Positions 29,377 to 39,699 of a stretch of 64,000 nt of DNA are shown one piece after another. Within the stretch, counting starts at the first letter, position 1. Each line of letters begins with the position of its first letter. The stretch spans positions 14,873 through 78,872 of the forward strand of contig JAVVGN010000001.1 in NCBI GenBank assembly GCA_032249095.1, given 5' to 3'. Under the pieces are notes generated by a model. The model saw nothing but the letters and a program-made list of their open reading frames with translations, was not told the DNA's origin and made no database searches. The stretch comes from Candidatus Caldarchaeales archaeon. GTDB lineage: Archaea > Thermoproteota > Nitrososphaeria_A > Caldarchaeales > Calditenuaceae. Position numbers and translations under genes: made by a program.

Positions 29377-31538
29377 AGTTGACCTCCCTCTCTCGGGATC
29401 ACCGTAGTAGTTGTAGGCGCCGTAGTAGTTGTAGTAGTGTTTCAACTCCCTCTCTCGGGATCACGAGAACCACGATGTCGAAGATGTCGTCCAACTCGTT
29501 CCGTCTTTCAACTCCCTCTCTCGGGATCACTTAGCGTGGATTGTGAGAAGGGGTTTCACGGTAGTTGCAGGCTTTCAACTCCCTCTCTCGGGATCACTGA
29601 GCGTGGCGGGGGTTGGGCGCCACCTCAAGAAGCACATGCCGCTTTCAACTCCCTCTCTCGGGATCACTAGCCAGCCGCCTGACCTCGCGGTAGTTCCACA
29701 GTGAGACCCTTTCAACTCCCTCTCTCGGGATCACGAGGAGATGAGAAACGATGGAGGAGGAGAAGGGGAGATGAGCTTTCAACTCCCTCTCTCGGGATCA
29801 CTTCTGAGACCGATAGCACTTAGGCAGGCAATTATTATTGACCTTTCAACTCCCTCTCTCGGGATCACAATAGAGCTTCAGGGCATTGATGATGCGAGCG
29901 ACGAGATAACTTTCAACTCCCTCTCTCGGGATCACTAAGACCACATGATGTGCTATATAAAGTTACGCATGACGTACTTTCAACTCCCTCTCTCGGGATC
30001 ACCTGAGGGCCTTGATAACCATCTCCATTATCGCCACGATAATCTATTTTCTTTCAACTCCCTCTCTCGGGATCACAGCGAGCGCTGGAGAGACTGGTTG
30101 CGAGGCTGAAAAGGGACTTTCAACTCCCTCTCTCGGGATCACTTACCGGCGCGCAGAAGTTTAAAAAACGAAATCAAAGATACTTTCAACTCCCTCTCTC
30201 GGGATCACAGCACTATACCGGTTGATGAGGAAAAGAGGCGTTTCATTTCTTTCAACTCCCTCTCTCGGGATCACGTGAAAGGGAGGAATCAGTCTCTTTC
30301 GCAATGGCCAATATTTCTTTCAACTCCCTCTCTCGGGATCACATGAGCGGTGAGGTGAGTGAGTGATTAAGAATAAGGTTACCTTTCAACTCCCTCTCTC
30401 GGGATCACCTTCGGTGAGAAGGGCTCGACGCGCACCACTAGGCTGGTCTTTCAACTCCCTCTCTCGGGATCACTGGCCAGAAGTATCGCTACAGAATTGC
30501 GAAGCTCATTGACTCCTTTCAACTCCCTCTCTCGGGATCACCTTCACTCTCGCTTAGGTCAATATCCATGTTAGCGATTCTTTCAACTCCCTCTCTCGGG
30601 ATCACCCGCCCCAGCGCAATACGTTTTCCGCGACTACTACTTGACTTTCAACTCCCTCTCTCGGGATCACGTATATTTGAATGGTCTGGTTGTCGGTAAC
30701 GCTATGTTCTTTCAACTCCCTCTCTCGGGATCACCGCTATACAATGCCCTTAATGTAACGCTGAACTCTAACTTTCAACTCCCTCTCTCGGGATCACCTC
30801 AGGGTGGATGGGAAGGTCATAAACGCGGCCCACCATGTCTTTCAACTCCCTCTCTCGGGATCACAGGATGGGGGGCCGCGAGCTGAACCCCCTCGTGAAC
30901 GCCATCTTTCAACTCCCTCTCTCGGGATCACATTGGCATGAAATCTCCACCACATAGTCCCCAGCATCATATCTTTCAACTCCCTCTCTCGGGATCACGA
31001 TACATGTCGCAAAAATCGGGAATGAATACCTATGTATTGACTTTCAACTCCCTCTCTCGGGATCACATTTCTTCAGGGTTCTCCGTGATCCCGAAAAATC
31101 TAAACTTTCAACTCCCTCTCTCGGGATCACTAGTTAGTTGGGATGCTGCCTGGCCAATCTCCCCCCCTAGCTCTTTCAACTCCCTCTCTCGGGATCACTT
31201 TCGCAGCTCTGCATTCACCATTAGCCCTGACCACTGGCTTTCAACTCCCTCTCTCGGGATCACTGGCAGCCTTCTGGGCTAAACAAACTCTTGAGGAAAA
31301 TCACTTTCAACTCCCTCTCTCGGGATCACCACATACACACACGCACACGCACGAGGATTGGGGTTTTCTGCTTTCAACTCCCTCTCTCGGGATCACTAGC
31401 GCGAGACATTGAAGCAAAGTTAGAGGTCCTGCGCGCGCTGCTTTCAACTCCCTCTCTCGGGATCACATTCACCATCCAGCCACGTAGCCCTGCCCCTGAT
31501 ATATGCTATCCGCTTTCAACTCCCTCTCTCGGGATCAC
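29377..31538 (-). CRISPR. CRISPR array: 33 repeats (32 consensus of 26 nt plus one degenerate terminal repeat at 29377-29402), 32 spacers of 36-44 nt
   Basis: Plus-strand repeat CTTTCAACTCCCTCTCTCGGGATCAC with a 65-67 bp period. Its reverse complement GTGATCCCGAGAGAGGGAGTTGAAAG ends in the canonical GTTGAAAG crRNA 5'-handle. The degenerate repeat sits at the low-coordinate end and the AT-rich leader at the high-coordinate end. Both indicate transcription on the minus strand. Confidence 0.95.
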
Positions 31539-31700
31539 TGAACCCAATTCCGGGATTTTCTGACTCTCCTCGGCTTCCTGCCGCGACTCCCTTTCGCACG
31601 ACTGTATTTTTGACCCTCTATTTAAAGTTATAACCGCTACAGATTATAAAGGATTTAAAAAGAAGTTCTCGGTGTACTTATGCCATCAGGTGCAACAACC
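31539..31700 (-). promoter_or_regulatory. CRISPR leader with putative promoter
   Basis: AT-rich segment (tatttttgaccctctatttaaagttataaccgctacagattataaaggatttaaaaag) immediately adjacent to the last consensus repeat. Confidence 0.5.
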
Positions 31701-32062
31701 GAATTAGGCGCCTTTCCTCCGCCAAAGCCTATGAATCTAATGAGGTGAAAATCATCAGCCTTCGAGGACACCATCTCCGACCGGCTTCCGGGCGGACGAC
31801 CGCGGAATAATATCCAAGGGGAGACGTTGTAATGGGGGGACGGGAATTGGACGTTGCGGCTCTTATGGAGGTCAAGGAGAGGATGATGGAGGATTTCATG
31901 CTGATCAGGGAGAGGGATGGGAAGGTGGAGCTGACGGCGCTAGGCAAGCTCATCTACAGAGTCACCATCTCGTGACCGTGACGGAAAGGAATGCACGCTC
32001 GCCAAACTCCCAACGCAGCCGCACACCAAACCCGCAAGCCTTTCCACCGAAGCTGATGGTCA

Positions 32063-32977
32063 TCAGCGGGTCGTTGACATGCTAGGGTTCTCCGGGTTGC
32101 AGATTCTGAGGTAGGGGCAACTCGGATCGCACCTCTCCGGCAATCCCGGATCGAACCCCTCGCTGATCACCCTCAGCAGCATGTCCCTCCTCTCTACAAG
32201 CTCCAACCTCAATTCGTCGTCAATAACGACGAAGTGCTCGTAGTCCTTGACGTCCCTGCCCGAAAACTCGAGGTAAAGGATCACCGCATGGTTCACCGAA
32301 ACGCGGAACTGCGACTCGAAGCAGAGAGCGTAGCCTGCGAGGGCGACCTCAAATTCCCTGGTGGGCTTTCTGGTCTTGAACTCGACGAGTAGGTTGGGTG
32401 GAACCAACGCATCTATCCTAACAGCCCTGTTGAAGCCGAGGTTTCTGCCGTCGACCGGGAACTCGCAGATCCAGGGGACGACCCTGTGGACTATGCCGTC
32501 CCAGCTCAGATACCTCGACGCCGAGAGGGCCTTGTCTAGCGCGGCGGAGTATGTCAGCGCGGCCCTGTGCCAGATCGTCCCGAAGACCTCAGGATATGCT
32601 GAGAATTCTCCTGATTTGATCAGCTGGTCTCCGATCTTGATGAGCTCTTCGTGAAACTCTTTTCCCGTTCTAGGCCTGCCCCTGAACAGCACTTCCTTCG
32701 CCGACGACGTGGCGGTCGTGATGCAGCGGTGGACGAAGGACCCGAACATCAGCTCGTGCCCCGGCCTCTCTCCAATCCTCCTGTGGTGCCTGAGGTATGC
32801 GAGCCTACCAGTTCCGCAGGCGAAGGTGAGGTCGGAGACGTTGATCCTGGCCCTGTAGGGGACCAGCAAAGGAGGTTCCTTCCACCTCCACCCCCTCAGC
32901 TCCTCACTCACCTCAACCGGCGTATCCTGAAAGGTCTGGAGGATCCGCAGGACGTCGTCCATGGTGTAGAAGACCAT
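32063..32977 (-). CDS. csa1: Csa1 (Cas4-like RecB-family nuclease of type I-A)
   Basis: C-terminal Cys cluster CDPSCPYLRIC plus N-terminal Cys (FACGTG); RIDALV...VEFKTRK fits the PD-(D/E)xK core; about 300 aa; placed between array and csa3 as in I-A loci. Confidence 0.6.
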   Translation of the reverse strand: MVFYTMDDVLRILQTFQDTPVEVSEELRGWRWKEPPLLVPYRARINVSDLTFACGTGRLAYLRHHRRIGERPGHELMFGSFVHRCITTATSSAKEVLFRGRPRTGKEFHEELIKIGDQLIKSGEFSAYPEVFGTIWHRAALTYSAALDKALSASRYLSWDGIVHRVVPWICEFPVDGRNLGFNRAVRIDALVPPNLLVEFKTRKPTREFEVALAGYALCFESQFRVSVNHAVILYLEFSGRDVKDYEHFVVIDDELRLELVERRDMLLRVISEGFDPGLPERCDPSCPYLRICNPENPSMSTTR

Positions 32978-33091
32978 ACTCCGTCCCGCCTCATCGAGAA
33001 TGGACGATGTCGTATAAGATTTGGGTTATGGCAGTCGATGGGCCCTCGACTCTGATCTGTCCTCTTGTTGAGAGGCGAATTGGGTTGTCGC

Positions 33092-33736
33092 TTATCCTGA
33101 CAAGAGCTCACTGTATATCTGACCGCGTTCGGTGAGGGAAACCACCACTTCCCTTCGCTTACCCTGGGAGAGCTTCACCATCCCAGCCCTTTCAAGCCTC
33201 CTGAGCCTCCTCCATACTGTCGGTTTGGAGATCTCGAGTTCCTCCGACAGCAAACCGAGCGTCCTAACCCCACGAGCCAACGATTCTATGATTTGTCTAT
33301 CGACCTCGTCGATCTCGGGGAAGCTCAGATCGTCGGTGCTGAAGGCGGCGAGAGCTTTCCCGTCTTCCGACTCGACTTCAATAGTCATCGGTACCCTCGA
33401 GATCAGAGCTGCGCAGAGGGCCTCCACAACGAGAAGCCTCATGCCTCCGCTCAAATTGAGGATTATCGGCCTCTCGGCCCACGACCTGAAAGCCCTAGCG
33501 AGGGTCAGGACCGATCCGTGGAAGTCCCCTATTGGAACCTTCATCAGCTCCACTCCCTCCTCGTTGACGTACCGTTTCACGAAGTCGTTCAGCACCGAGA
33601 GGCCCCTTTCGACCCGCTCGTCTTGACCTTCCTCTGGCAACAGAACCACGACCCTTGTCCTCTCCGAGGGAGGGTGCCTCATCAGCGCCCTTATGGCGAA
33701 CTTTTCGTCGAAACCGAACGTTACCGCGATTATCAC
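33092..33736 (-). CDS. csa3: Csa3 CARF-domain/wHTH transcriptional regulator
   Basis: 214 aa; N-terminal Rossmann-like CARF fold, C-terminal wHTH (LSEELEISKPTVWRRLRRLERAGMV); divergent from the cas operon. Confidence 0.7.
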   Translation of the reverse strand: MIIAVTFGFDEKFAIRALMRHPPSERTRVVVLLPEEGQDERVERGLSVLNDFVKRYVNEEGVELMKVPIGDFHGSVLTLARAFRSWAERPIILNLSGGMRLLVVEALCAALISRVPMTIEVESEDGKALAAFSTDDLSFPEIDEVDRQIIESLARGVRTLGLLSEELEISKPTVWRRLRRLERAGMVKLSQGKRREVVVSLTERGQIYSELLSG

Positions 33737-33846
33737 ACTGAGTTTTCAATCCTGTGAAATTTAACCCTGAATGTTGTGACGCTACGAAAAGCAAGCGATT
33801 CCTGTGCAAAAATCCTTATCATTCGCCTCATTTACCTTTCCTTGCA
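33737..33846. promoter_or_regulatory. divergent csa3/cas-operon promoter region
   Basis: 110-bp AT-rich intergenic segment between divergent csa3 and csa5. Confidence 0.3.
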
Positions 33847-34293
33847 ATGAGCTCGACCCAAGCTCAACAGGAGAGAACGGAGTCGACTAGGGAATACACA
33901 AAGGAATACAGGGATGTAGCAGTTCTGCTTGCAGCGGCTTCTGCGCTGACTAGGTCTCCGTCCCTCATCGACAGGCTGACTTACGCGCTGAGCCCTGAGC
34001 CTGCCCTGAAGGCCGTCGCAGATGCGCTCAGAATCCTCCAGAGCGACCAAAACTCCCAGAACCCAGCGATAACTCAAGGCAAGAACGAACGGGGGTATCC
34101 TATTGTTAGAGTCAGGGTGGAGGACAGGAACGCACCACTCGTGATCTGGGGACGCCTTCCCAGCAGCGAGTCGGTGCGAAGCTTCGTCGAGGACGTGAGC
34201 CGTGACGTCAACATCGCGAGGAAAATCGGGACCTATGCCTCAAGCCTGCTGGTCGAGGCTCAGCTGAGGTTGGAGCGTGAGGAGGGTGAGTGA
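33847..34293 (+). CDS. csa5: Csa5 (Cas11 small subunit, type I-A), start chosen at the internal ATG
   Basis: About 148-aa alpha-helical protein directly upstream of cas7; the longer ORF from 33754 runs through the AT-rich promoter region. Confidence 0.5.
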   Translation: MSSTQAQQERTESTREYTKEYRDVAVLLAAASALTRSPSLIDRLTYALSPEPALKAVADALRILQSDQNSQNPAITQGKNERGYPIVRVRVEDRNAPLVIWGRLPSSESVRSFVEDVSRDVNIARKIGTYASSLLVEAQLRLEREEGE

Positions 34294-35305
34294 GATGTTC
34301 CTGAGCGCGTCCTTCAGGATCCTCGTCAACGTAGAATCGCTCAACTCGGTCGAGAGCGTCGGCAACGTATCACGGCACAGGTCTGTCCCCATCGTTATCC
34401 CCTACGACAACGGATACACGGTCAGGTACGTGCCAGCCATCTCCGGCGAGAGCATAGCCCACGGTTTCCAGTCGCTACTGGTTGACGTAGCGCTCCGAGA
34501 GAATCTGCCGGTCGGCGAGTTCTCGAAAAGGAAGGAGTTCCTAAAGTTCTCCGAGGACGCCTATCTCACAGACGAGGGAATCAAGCCGCCAAAGGATTAC
34601 GACGACATTAGGAGGTTCGAGGTGGACGTGCTGCTGAAGGACATAGTCGCCGATGTCGGAGGCTTCCTTTACGCCGGAAACATACCGGTTAAGAGGACCT
34701 CGAGGTTCCAAGTGGGTTACATGCTGCCGGCCCTCGAGGACGTAACTAACGCGGCGGCGCTTGAGGCTCAGTTCCACGTGAGGTTCCTGCAGTCGAAGCC
34801 TCCTAAGTCGACGGAGCAGGAAGGCGCTAGGCTTGGCCAGATTCCCTACAACATCGAGGCCGCATCGGCGCTCTACACCTTCACGTTCAACCTCGACCTG
34901 GCCGGAATAGGCGTTCCCGTGAACACCGGGAAAGAGGACAAAAAGAAAGAGGAAGAGCTGGCAAAGCAGAAGGTTGCGAGGCAAAAGGCTGCACTAAAGG
35001 CGCTCGGACTCTTCGTGAGTCAGATATCTTTCGGTGCGAAGCATTCGAGGTACTTGCCCAACGCAGAGCTGAGGTCCTGCACCTTCGCGTTCTCCGGTAT
35101 CCCGTTCACCGTTTCTGCCGGCAACTACAGAAGCTACATCCAGCAGACCTTCCGAAGGGCCGAGAAGCTATCGCGTCTTCTCGGGATCAAAACGCAAGTG
35201 TGGGCTGTGGTGAGGGAGGAGAAGGTCCAGGCGCCCGCGGGGGTTAAGGCAGTCTCGTCGCCGGAGGAGATCGTGGAGGAGCTGATCAACTCAATTGATC
35301 GGTAG
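34277..35305 (+). CDS. cas7: Cas7 (Csa2) backbone subunit
   Basis: N-terminal ...ILVNVESLNSVESVGNVSRHR... signature of Csa2-family Cas7; 342 aa. Confidence 0.85.
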   Translation: MRRVSEMFLSASFRILVNVESLNSVESVGNVSRHRSVPIVIPYDNGYTVRYVPAISGESIAHGFQSLLVDVALRENLPVGEFSKRKEFLKFSEDAYLTDEGIKPPKDYDDIRRFEVDVLLKDIVADVGGFLYAGNIPVKRTSRFQVGYMLPALEDVTNAAALEAQFHVRFLQSKPPKSTEQEGARLGQIPYNIEAASALYTFTFNLDLAGIGVPVNTGKEDKKKEEELAKQKVARQKAALKALGLFVSQISFGAKHSRYLPNAELRSCTFAFSGIPFTVSAGNYRSYIQQTFRRAEKLSRLLGIKTQVWAVVREEKVQAPAGVKAVSSPEEIVEELINSIDR

Positions 35306-36149
35306 AGGCCAGCGAGGCATGTTCGGCGTTCTAATGAGGATGAGGCTCGCGTGGGGCTTCTCGGTCAAGGTCCCGAAGGAGGCTAAGGCCCAGTCGGCCT
35401 ACTCGATTCCCCCTCCGACAACCCTGATCGGTGCCGTCTGCAGGTACCTCGCCATCTCTCAGGGATTGGGTGAGGCCGTAGTTTACGAGCAGAAAAGGAA
35501 GAAGATGATGGCCTCAGCCGTCTCGCGATTCGTGCCGATGTTCAGGTCCGCCTCGGCTTTCTACGAACACGTCTCGGAAGGTACCCGGTCCCTTGGAAAG
35601 TACTGGGAGGATCCCCTGCGGTTCCAAGTATTGCAGTTCCAGAAGAAGGTCAGGCGAGGTGAGCCCAAATACCGGTTCAACTTGGTCCCAGCAGGCAAGG
35701 TCTTCTTCCCCGGAGGAATTGTTGTGGCAGGCCTTTTGGGATCAAAGGATGAGGCGATGAAGGTGCTTGGAGACAGATGGGCAGACACGCTGAGGAACGC
35801 CTGCTACGCCGTCACCTGTCTCGGTTCGAAGGAGGGGGTAGTCGAGGTCGAGGAGGTGGAGATCATACGGTCCATGAACACAAAACGCGGCGAGTTCGAG
35901 ACTAGGTTCTACCAGCGCAGGGACCTCGTAAAGGAGGTCGTTCCGCGTTCAGCGTCCTTCGGTCTATCTGGCACCTACGTCGAGCGGTTCTGGGAGATAG
36001 GGTACGAGTGGGGCGAGCATCAGGAACAGGTGGAGTACGTTGTGCCGGGAACGAGGGATCCCGTCACCAGTTGCAGGATGAGGGTGCGTCCCGTCGACAA
36101 CGCAGTGGTCTGTGAGGTGGGGGACGATGGGATCCTTGTCCCTTCCTGA
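35295..36149 (+). CDS. cas5: Cas5 (Cas5a)
   Basis: ...YSIPPPTTLIGAV... N-terminal Cas5 signature; 284 aa; follows cas7. Confidence 0.8.
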   Translation: MIGRGQRGMFGVLMRMRLAWGFSVKVPKEAKAQSAYSIPPPTTLIGAVCRYLAISQGLGEAVVYEQKRKKMMASAVSRFVPMFRSASAFYEHVSEGTRSLGKYWEDPLRFQVLQFQKKVRRGEPKYRFNLVPAGKVFFPGGIVVAGLLGSKDEAMKVLGDRWADTLRNACYAVTCLGSKEGVVEVEEVEIIRSMNTKRGEFETRFYQRRDLVKEVVPRSASFGLSGTYVERFWEIGYEWGEHQEQVEYVVPGTRDPVTSCRMRVRPVDNAVVCEVGDDGILVPS

Positions 36150-37794
36150 CCTCTACGAAAAGGTCTCACAGATATTCGATCCGCCCACCCCTAGACCGCT
36201 GCTGACGAGGGCTCTCGAGAAACTCGACGAGAATCTCGAGCGGAAGAACGGGAAGGTCCTCGTATTCCTCGAGGCACCCACTGGCTATGGCAAGAGCACA
36301 CTCTCACTAGTCATCTACGCGGCGATCAAGCTGGGACGTTTCGACCTCGGGCAAAGGGTGATTCACGTCCTTCCCCTCCGTTCTATAGGCACAGATCTGA
36401 GGCAGAAATCGATCGAGCGGATCGGCAGGTTGAGGTCTAATGACGGAGGTGAGTTTGCCAAGTTGGACGAGAGCGACGTCGGGCTGCAGCAGATGCACTC
36501 GCCCGGTAGCCCCATGCTCTGCAAACGCTTCGTCATCACCACGCTCGACACCTTCGTGACGTCATTCTACAAGATGCCGGCATCGGAGTACCGCACGCTC
36601 TTCATCAGAGGCACGGCACATTACGAGGTGCCGAGGGCTTGCATTTACACATCCGTAGTCGTCTTCGACGAGTTTCACCTTTACCTGAGCTCAAAAGCAC
36701 TTGAGGAGGGAGCGAGCAAATCCCTGACAGCTACAGTGGCATGCATTCGGTCGCTGCTGGAGGCCGGCGTACCTGTGCTGGTAATGACGGCCACAATGCC
36801 CGAGGTTGTGAAGAAGACAGTCCTGAATAAGTTGGAGATTGCGGGCTTGGAAGACTCGGTAGTCGAGGTCGTGCCCTCAGGCGGTGACGTGCAGCCAGTC
36901 AAGCGTCACATCAGTGTCGAAGCCGTTGTCGATGATGACCCCATCAGCGTGCTGCACCAATTAGGAAATCGGAGAAGGGTGCTCGTGGTGTTCAACACAG
37001 TTCGGGAGGCCGTCGAGACCTATGTGAGGCTGAAACAAATGGGGCATTCACCTGTTCTGCTGCACTCGAGAATAGTCGAACGTGAGCGTCGGAAGAGGCT
37101 GGGAAAGATGCTGGAGAAGAACGGCGGCGTCATATTCGTAACGACGCAGGTAGTCGAGGCAGGTGTCGATGTCAGCTTCGACGTCCTAGTAACGGAGGCT
37201 GCTCCTCCCGACTCTCTCCTCCAGAGAGCCGGAAGGGTGGCGAGATATGGTGGAGAGGGCGAGGTGTTGGTTCTGCCGCTCACCGTGGGAGGGAGCAGCG
37301 TATACGGTGAACTGTTGCCGAGTCGCTCCTTCGAGTATGTTTCGAAAAGCAAGAAGCTCGACGCTGGCATCCTCAAGATCGTCGACGAAGCTTACAGCGG
37401 GAGGAACCTGATAGACCATGTCTACTACGATCTGCTATCGGACATTGACAATTACCCATCGTGTTCCCACGAGTTCGCGAAGAAGGTGTGGGAGGCTTAT
37501 TGCGGCTTCGTGCGTGACGGTGAGCAGATACCGGTCATCCCCATAAAGTACTTGAACGGCAACCCGGACCTCCAGGACCACGCCTTCATCATCGATGAGG
37601 AGCATTTCAGAGGCCTGCTGAAGGAGAAAGGCGAAATCAAGTACTTGACGGAATCGCTTGAACTGGGTGTAATAAAGAGAGATCAGCTGGGCCGAAAGGG
37701 CCGAGAGGAATGCATAGGCAAGGAATTCCTCCAGAGGGGCATAGTGGCGGTGATTCTCGAAGATTACGATGAGGAGGTGGGATACGTGGGATGA
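36112..37794 (+). CDS. cas3: Cas3' SF2 helicase
   Basis: Walker A APTGYGKST; motif II VVFDEFH; motif III MTATMP; motif VI QRAGRVAR. Confidence 0.9.
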   Translation: MRWGTMGSLSLPDLYEKVSQIFDPPTPRPLLTRALEKLDENLERKNGKVLVFLEAPTGYGKSTLSLVIYAAIKLGRFDLGQRVIHVLPLRSIGTDLRQKSIERIGRLRSNDGGEFAKLDESDVGLQQMHSPGSPMLCKRFVITTLDTFVTSFYKMPASEYRTLFIRGTAHYEVPRACIYTSVVVFDEFHLYLSSKALEEGASKSLTATVACIRSLLEAGVPVLVMTATMPEVVKKTVLNKLEIAGLEDSVVEVVPSGGDVQPVKRHISVEAVVDDDPISVLHQLGNRRRVLVVFNTVREAVETYVRLKQMGHSPVLLHSRIVERERRKRLGKMLEKNGGVIFVTTQVVEAGVDVSFDVLVTEAAPPDSLLQRAGRVARYGGEGEVLVLPLTVGGSSVYGELLPSRSFEYVSKSKKLDAGILKIVDEAYSGRNLIDHVYYDLLSDIDNYPSCSHEFAKKVWEAYCGFVRDGEQIPVIPIKYLNGNPDLQDHAFIIDEEHFRGLLKEKGEIKYLTESLELGVIKRDQLGRKGREECIGKEFLQRGIVAVILEDYDEEVGYVG

Positions 37795-38573
37795 GGCCGT
37801 GCGCGTTCACCGGTCAAACACTTGGAGCCCACTTGAGGTATACCGCACGCATCGCCCAGGAGATGCTCTGTAATGGATACGCGTATACGGTTGCGAGGCG
37901 GCTCAGGTCGATGGGGCTGACAGCGAATCCTGACGGGGTTGAGGAGTTGATACTGCTGGCGGCGCTATTCCACGACACGGGTAAGGCGACAACCTATTAC
38001 CAGAAACAGTTCGACGGTGACTGCGCCTGCAGGTCCACTAATGGGCCCTCATTCAAGTATCACGAGGTCCTCTCGGCCGTCCACTTCCAAAGGTACCTTG
38101 AGAAGTCCGGCCGAAAATACGATTGTGAACTCTCCACCTTAGCTGTTCTGGCCGTGATGAACCATATGCACGCGATTAGAGATTACAGCGATCTTGTGGA
38201 GGCCCCTGCACTCCAGCGACCGCAACTTCCACAGGGCCTGCTGAAGGTCCTCAAAGAGTCGCAAATCAGACCGGAAGACGTAGAGGCCTTAGCAACGCAT
38301 CTGAAGGAGTTCGATGTCTTGGACCAGGGCGCCTTTCGCGAGGCCCTAGTCAGGGACATTACCGGCGACGATGTACGTGACCTGTTAGGGATAGTGTCGG
38401 ATTTAGAACACAACAAGCCATTCGCGAGGCTTTACGTGGCCTTGCTTCTTCCGGTTATTGTGGGCGACAACATAGATGCGCGCAATCAACGTAGGTCTGA
38501 CGAAGAACACAGAGGGAGGAGGCTCTTCGCCGTGGAGTTGGAGAGGTTGGTTGGGGGCGTGAGGTGTGACTAG
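37791..38573 (+). CDS. cas3: Cas3'' HD nuclease
   Basis: HD motif LLAALFHDTGKATTYYQ; overlaps the cas3' stop by 4 bp. Confidence 0.85.
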   Translation: MRPCAFTGQTLGAHLRYTARIAQEMLCNGYAYTVARRLRSMGLTANPDGVEELILLAALFHDTGKATTYYQKQFDGDCACRSTNGPSFKYHEVLSAVHFQRYLEKSGRKYDCELSTLAVLAVMNHMHAIRDYSDLVEAPALQRPQLPQGLLKVLKESQIRPEDVEALATHLKEFDVLDQGAFREALVRDITGDDVRDLLGIVSDLEHNKPFARLYVALLLPVIVGDNIDARNQRRSDEEHRGRRLFAVELERLVGGVRCD

Positions 38574-39699
38574 CATCAGGTTGCCTTTGCCGCCTAGGTT
38601 CGCGACCGATTGCCTGATGGGGCTCCTCTTCCACCTCGACAGGGCTTACACCTTGACCGTCTACGGGTCAGAGGTGGAGATCAGCGGCCCCAGACCGAAG
38701 CTGGCATTGGAAGAGGTGCTAGGAAAAAAAGCTGCGCAGGTGCTGGATGACAGGGCCGAAAAAGGCGTTAGGGTGGACCTGAGGCTCAGCGGCAACGACA
38801 AGAAATATCGCGATGAGATCTGGCGCGCCATCTCTTTGCCTCAAGACGCCACACCCCTTGAGATGATCAAAACTCTGGCGTCTGACCCGCTGAAGGATTA
38901 TGGGAAGGTCAGGCTACCTTCGGTCCTGAAACCCGAGTACTACGAGTACAACAGAGTTCCAGGATATGCAGGAAGCGAGAGCGCACGGCTTGCGAGGGAC
39001 GAATACCCGATAAATGTCGTCGCTATGTCCCTTGCCGGCTACCTCCTGTCCAGGGTCGGAGCTGCCAGACTGGAGAGGAACCAGTGGGTCTCGGTGGTCG
39101 TAACGCCGGTGATAACCGCCAGCGGCCTGGCAATCGATCCGAACTACCGCTTCAGCGTTTACGTCGACCCTGTGGGCCGACTCGCCAAAGATTTGTTGCA
39201 GGGGAAGGGGTGGCTGGACGGCCTCTTCCCGGAGACAGCCTTGGCGCTGCTGTTGGCCTGCACTATGGGCGGTGTCCAGTTTAAGCTCTACGCGGTCAAG
39301 GAGGCAGGCGGGCAGGAGCCAGCCACGATCTTCTCCGCGATGCAGATGGATTTGAGGCCTCTCTACGAGAGGATGAGGGAACTGCAACTGACCGATGAGC
39401 GGAACAGGCAAAAGATAATTGGGATCGCCAAATCGAGCCTCGACGTCAACGCGCAGGGCTTGGAGAAGACGCTCGCAACAAGGTTCGCCCTGCTCCTCTA
39501 CGAAGTCCTCTCCCGGGCCAGGCCGCCGGAGGAGTTCGTGAGCGTCGTCAACAGGGAGTACCTCTCCATTAAGCTGTTCAGGGGCGGTGCTAGGTCGGAG
39601 GATAACAAGAGGGCCCATAAGATTCAGCAACTCGTCGAGTCCGCAGTTAGAGTCAGCAAGAAAATCTGGTCCTCGTTGATGCAAGCTGAGGCGATATGA
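38566..39699 (+). CDS. cas8a2: Cas8a2 (Csa4) large subunit, by position and size
   Basis: 377 aa between cas3'' and cas6, as in type I-A operons; no catalytic motif expected. Confidence 0.55.
   Translation: MTSIRLPLPPRFATDCLMGLLFHLDRAYTLTVYGSEVEISGPRPKLALEEVLGKKAAQVLDDRAEKGVRVDLRLSGNDKKYRDEIWRAISLPQDATPLEMIKTLASDPLKDYGKVRLPSVLKPEYYEYNRVPGYAGSESARLARDEYPINVVAMSLAGYLLSRVGAARLERNQWVSVVVTPVITASGLAIDPNYRFSVYVDPVGRLAKDLLQGKGWLDGLFPETALALLLACTMGGVQFKLYAVKEAGGQEPATIFSAMQMDLRPLYERMRELQLTDERNRQKIIGIAKSSLDVNAQGLEKTLATRFALLLYEVLSRARPPEEFVSVVNREYLSIKLFRGGARSEDNKRAHKIQQLVESAVRVSKKIWSSLMQAEAI

Noticed and set aside
31729-31953. 74-aa minus-strand ORF in the leader-proximal gap
   Set aside because: Ser/Pro-rich low-complexity translation. 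Likely non-coding.
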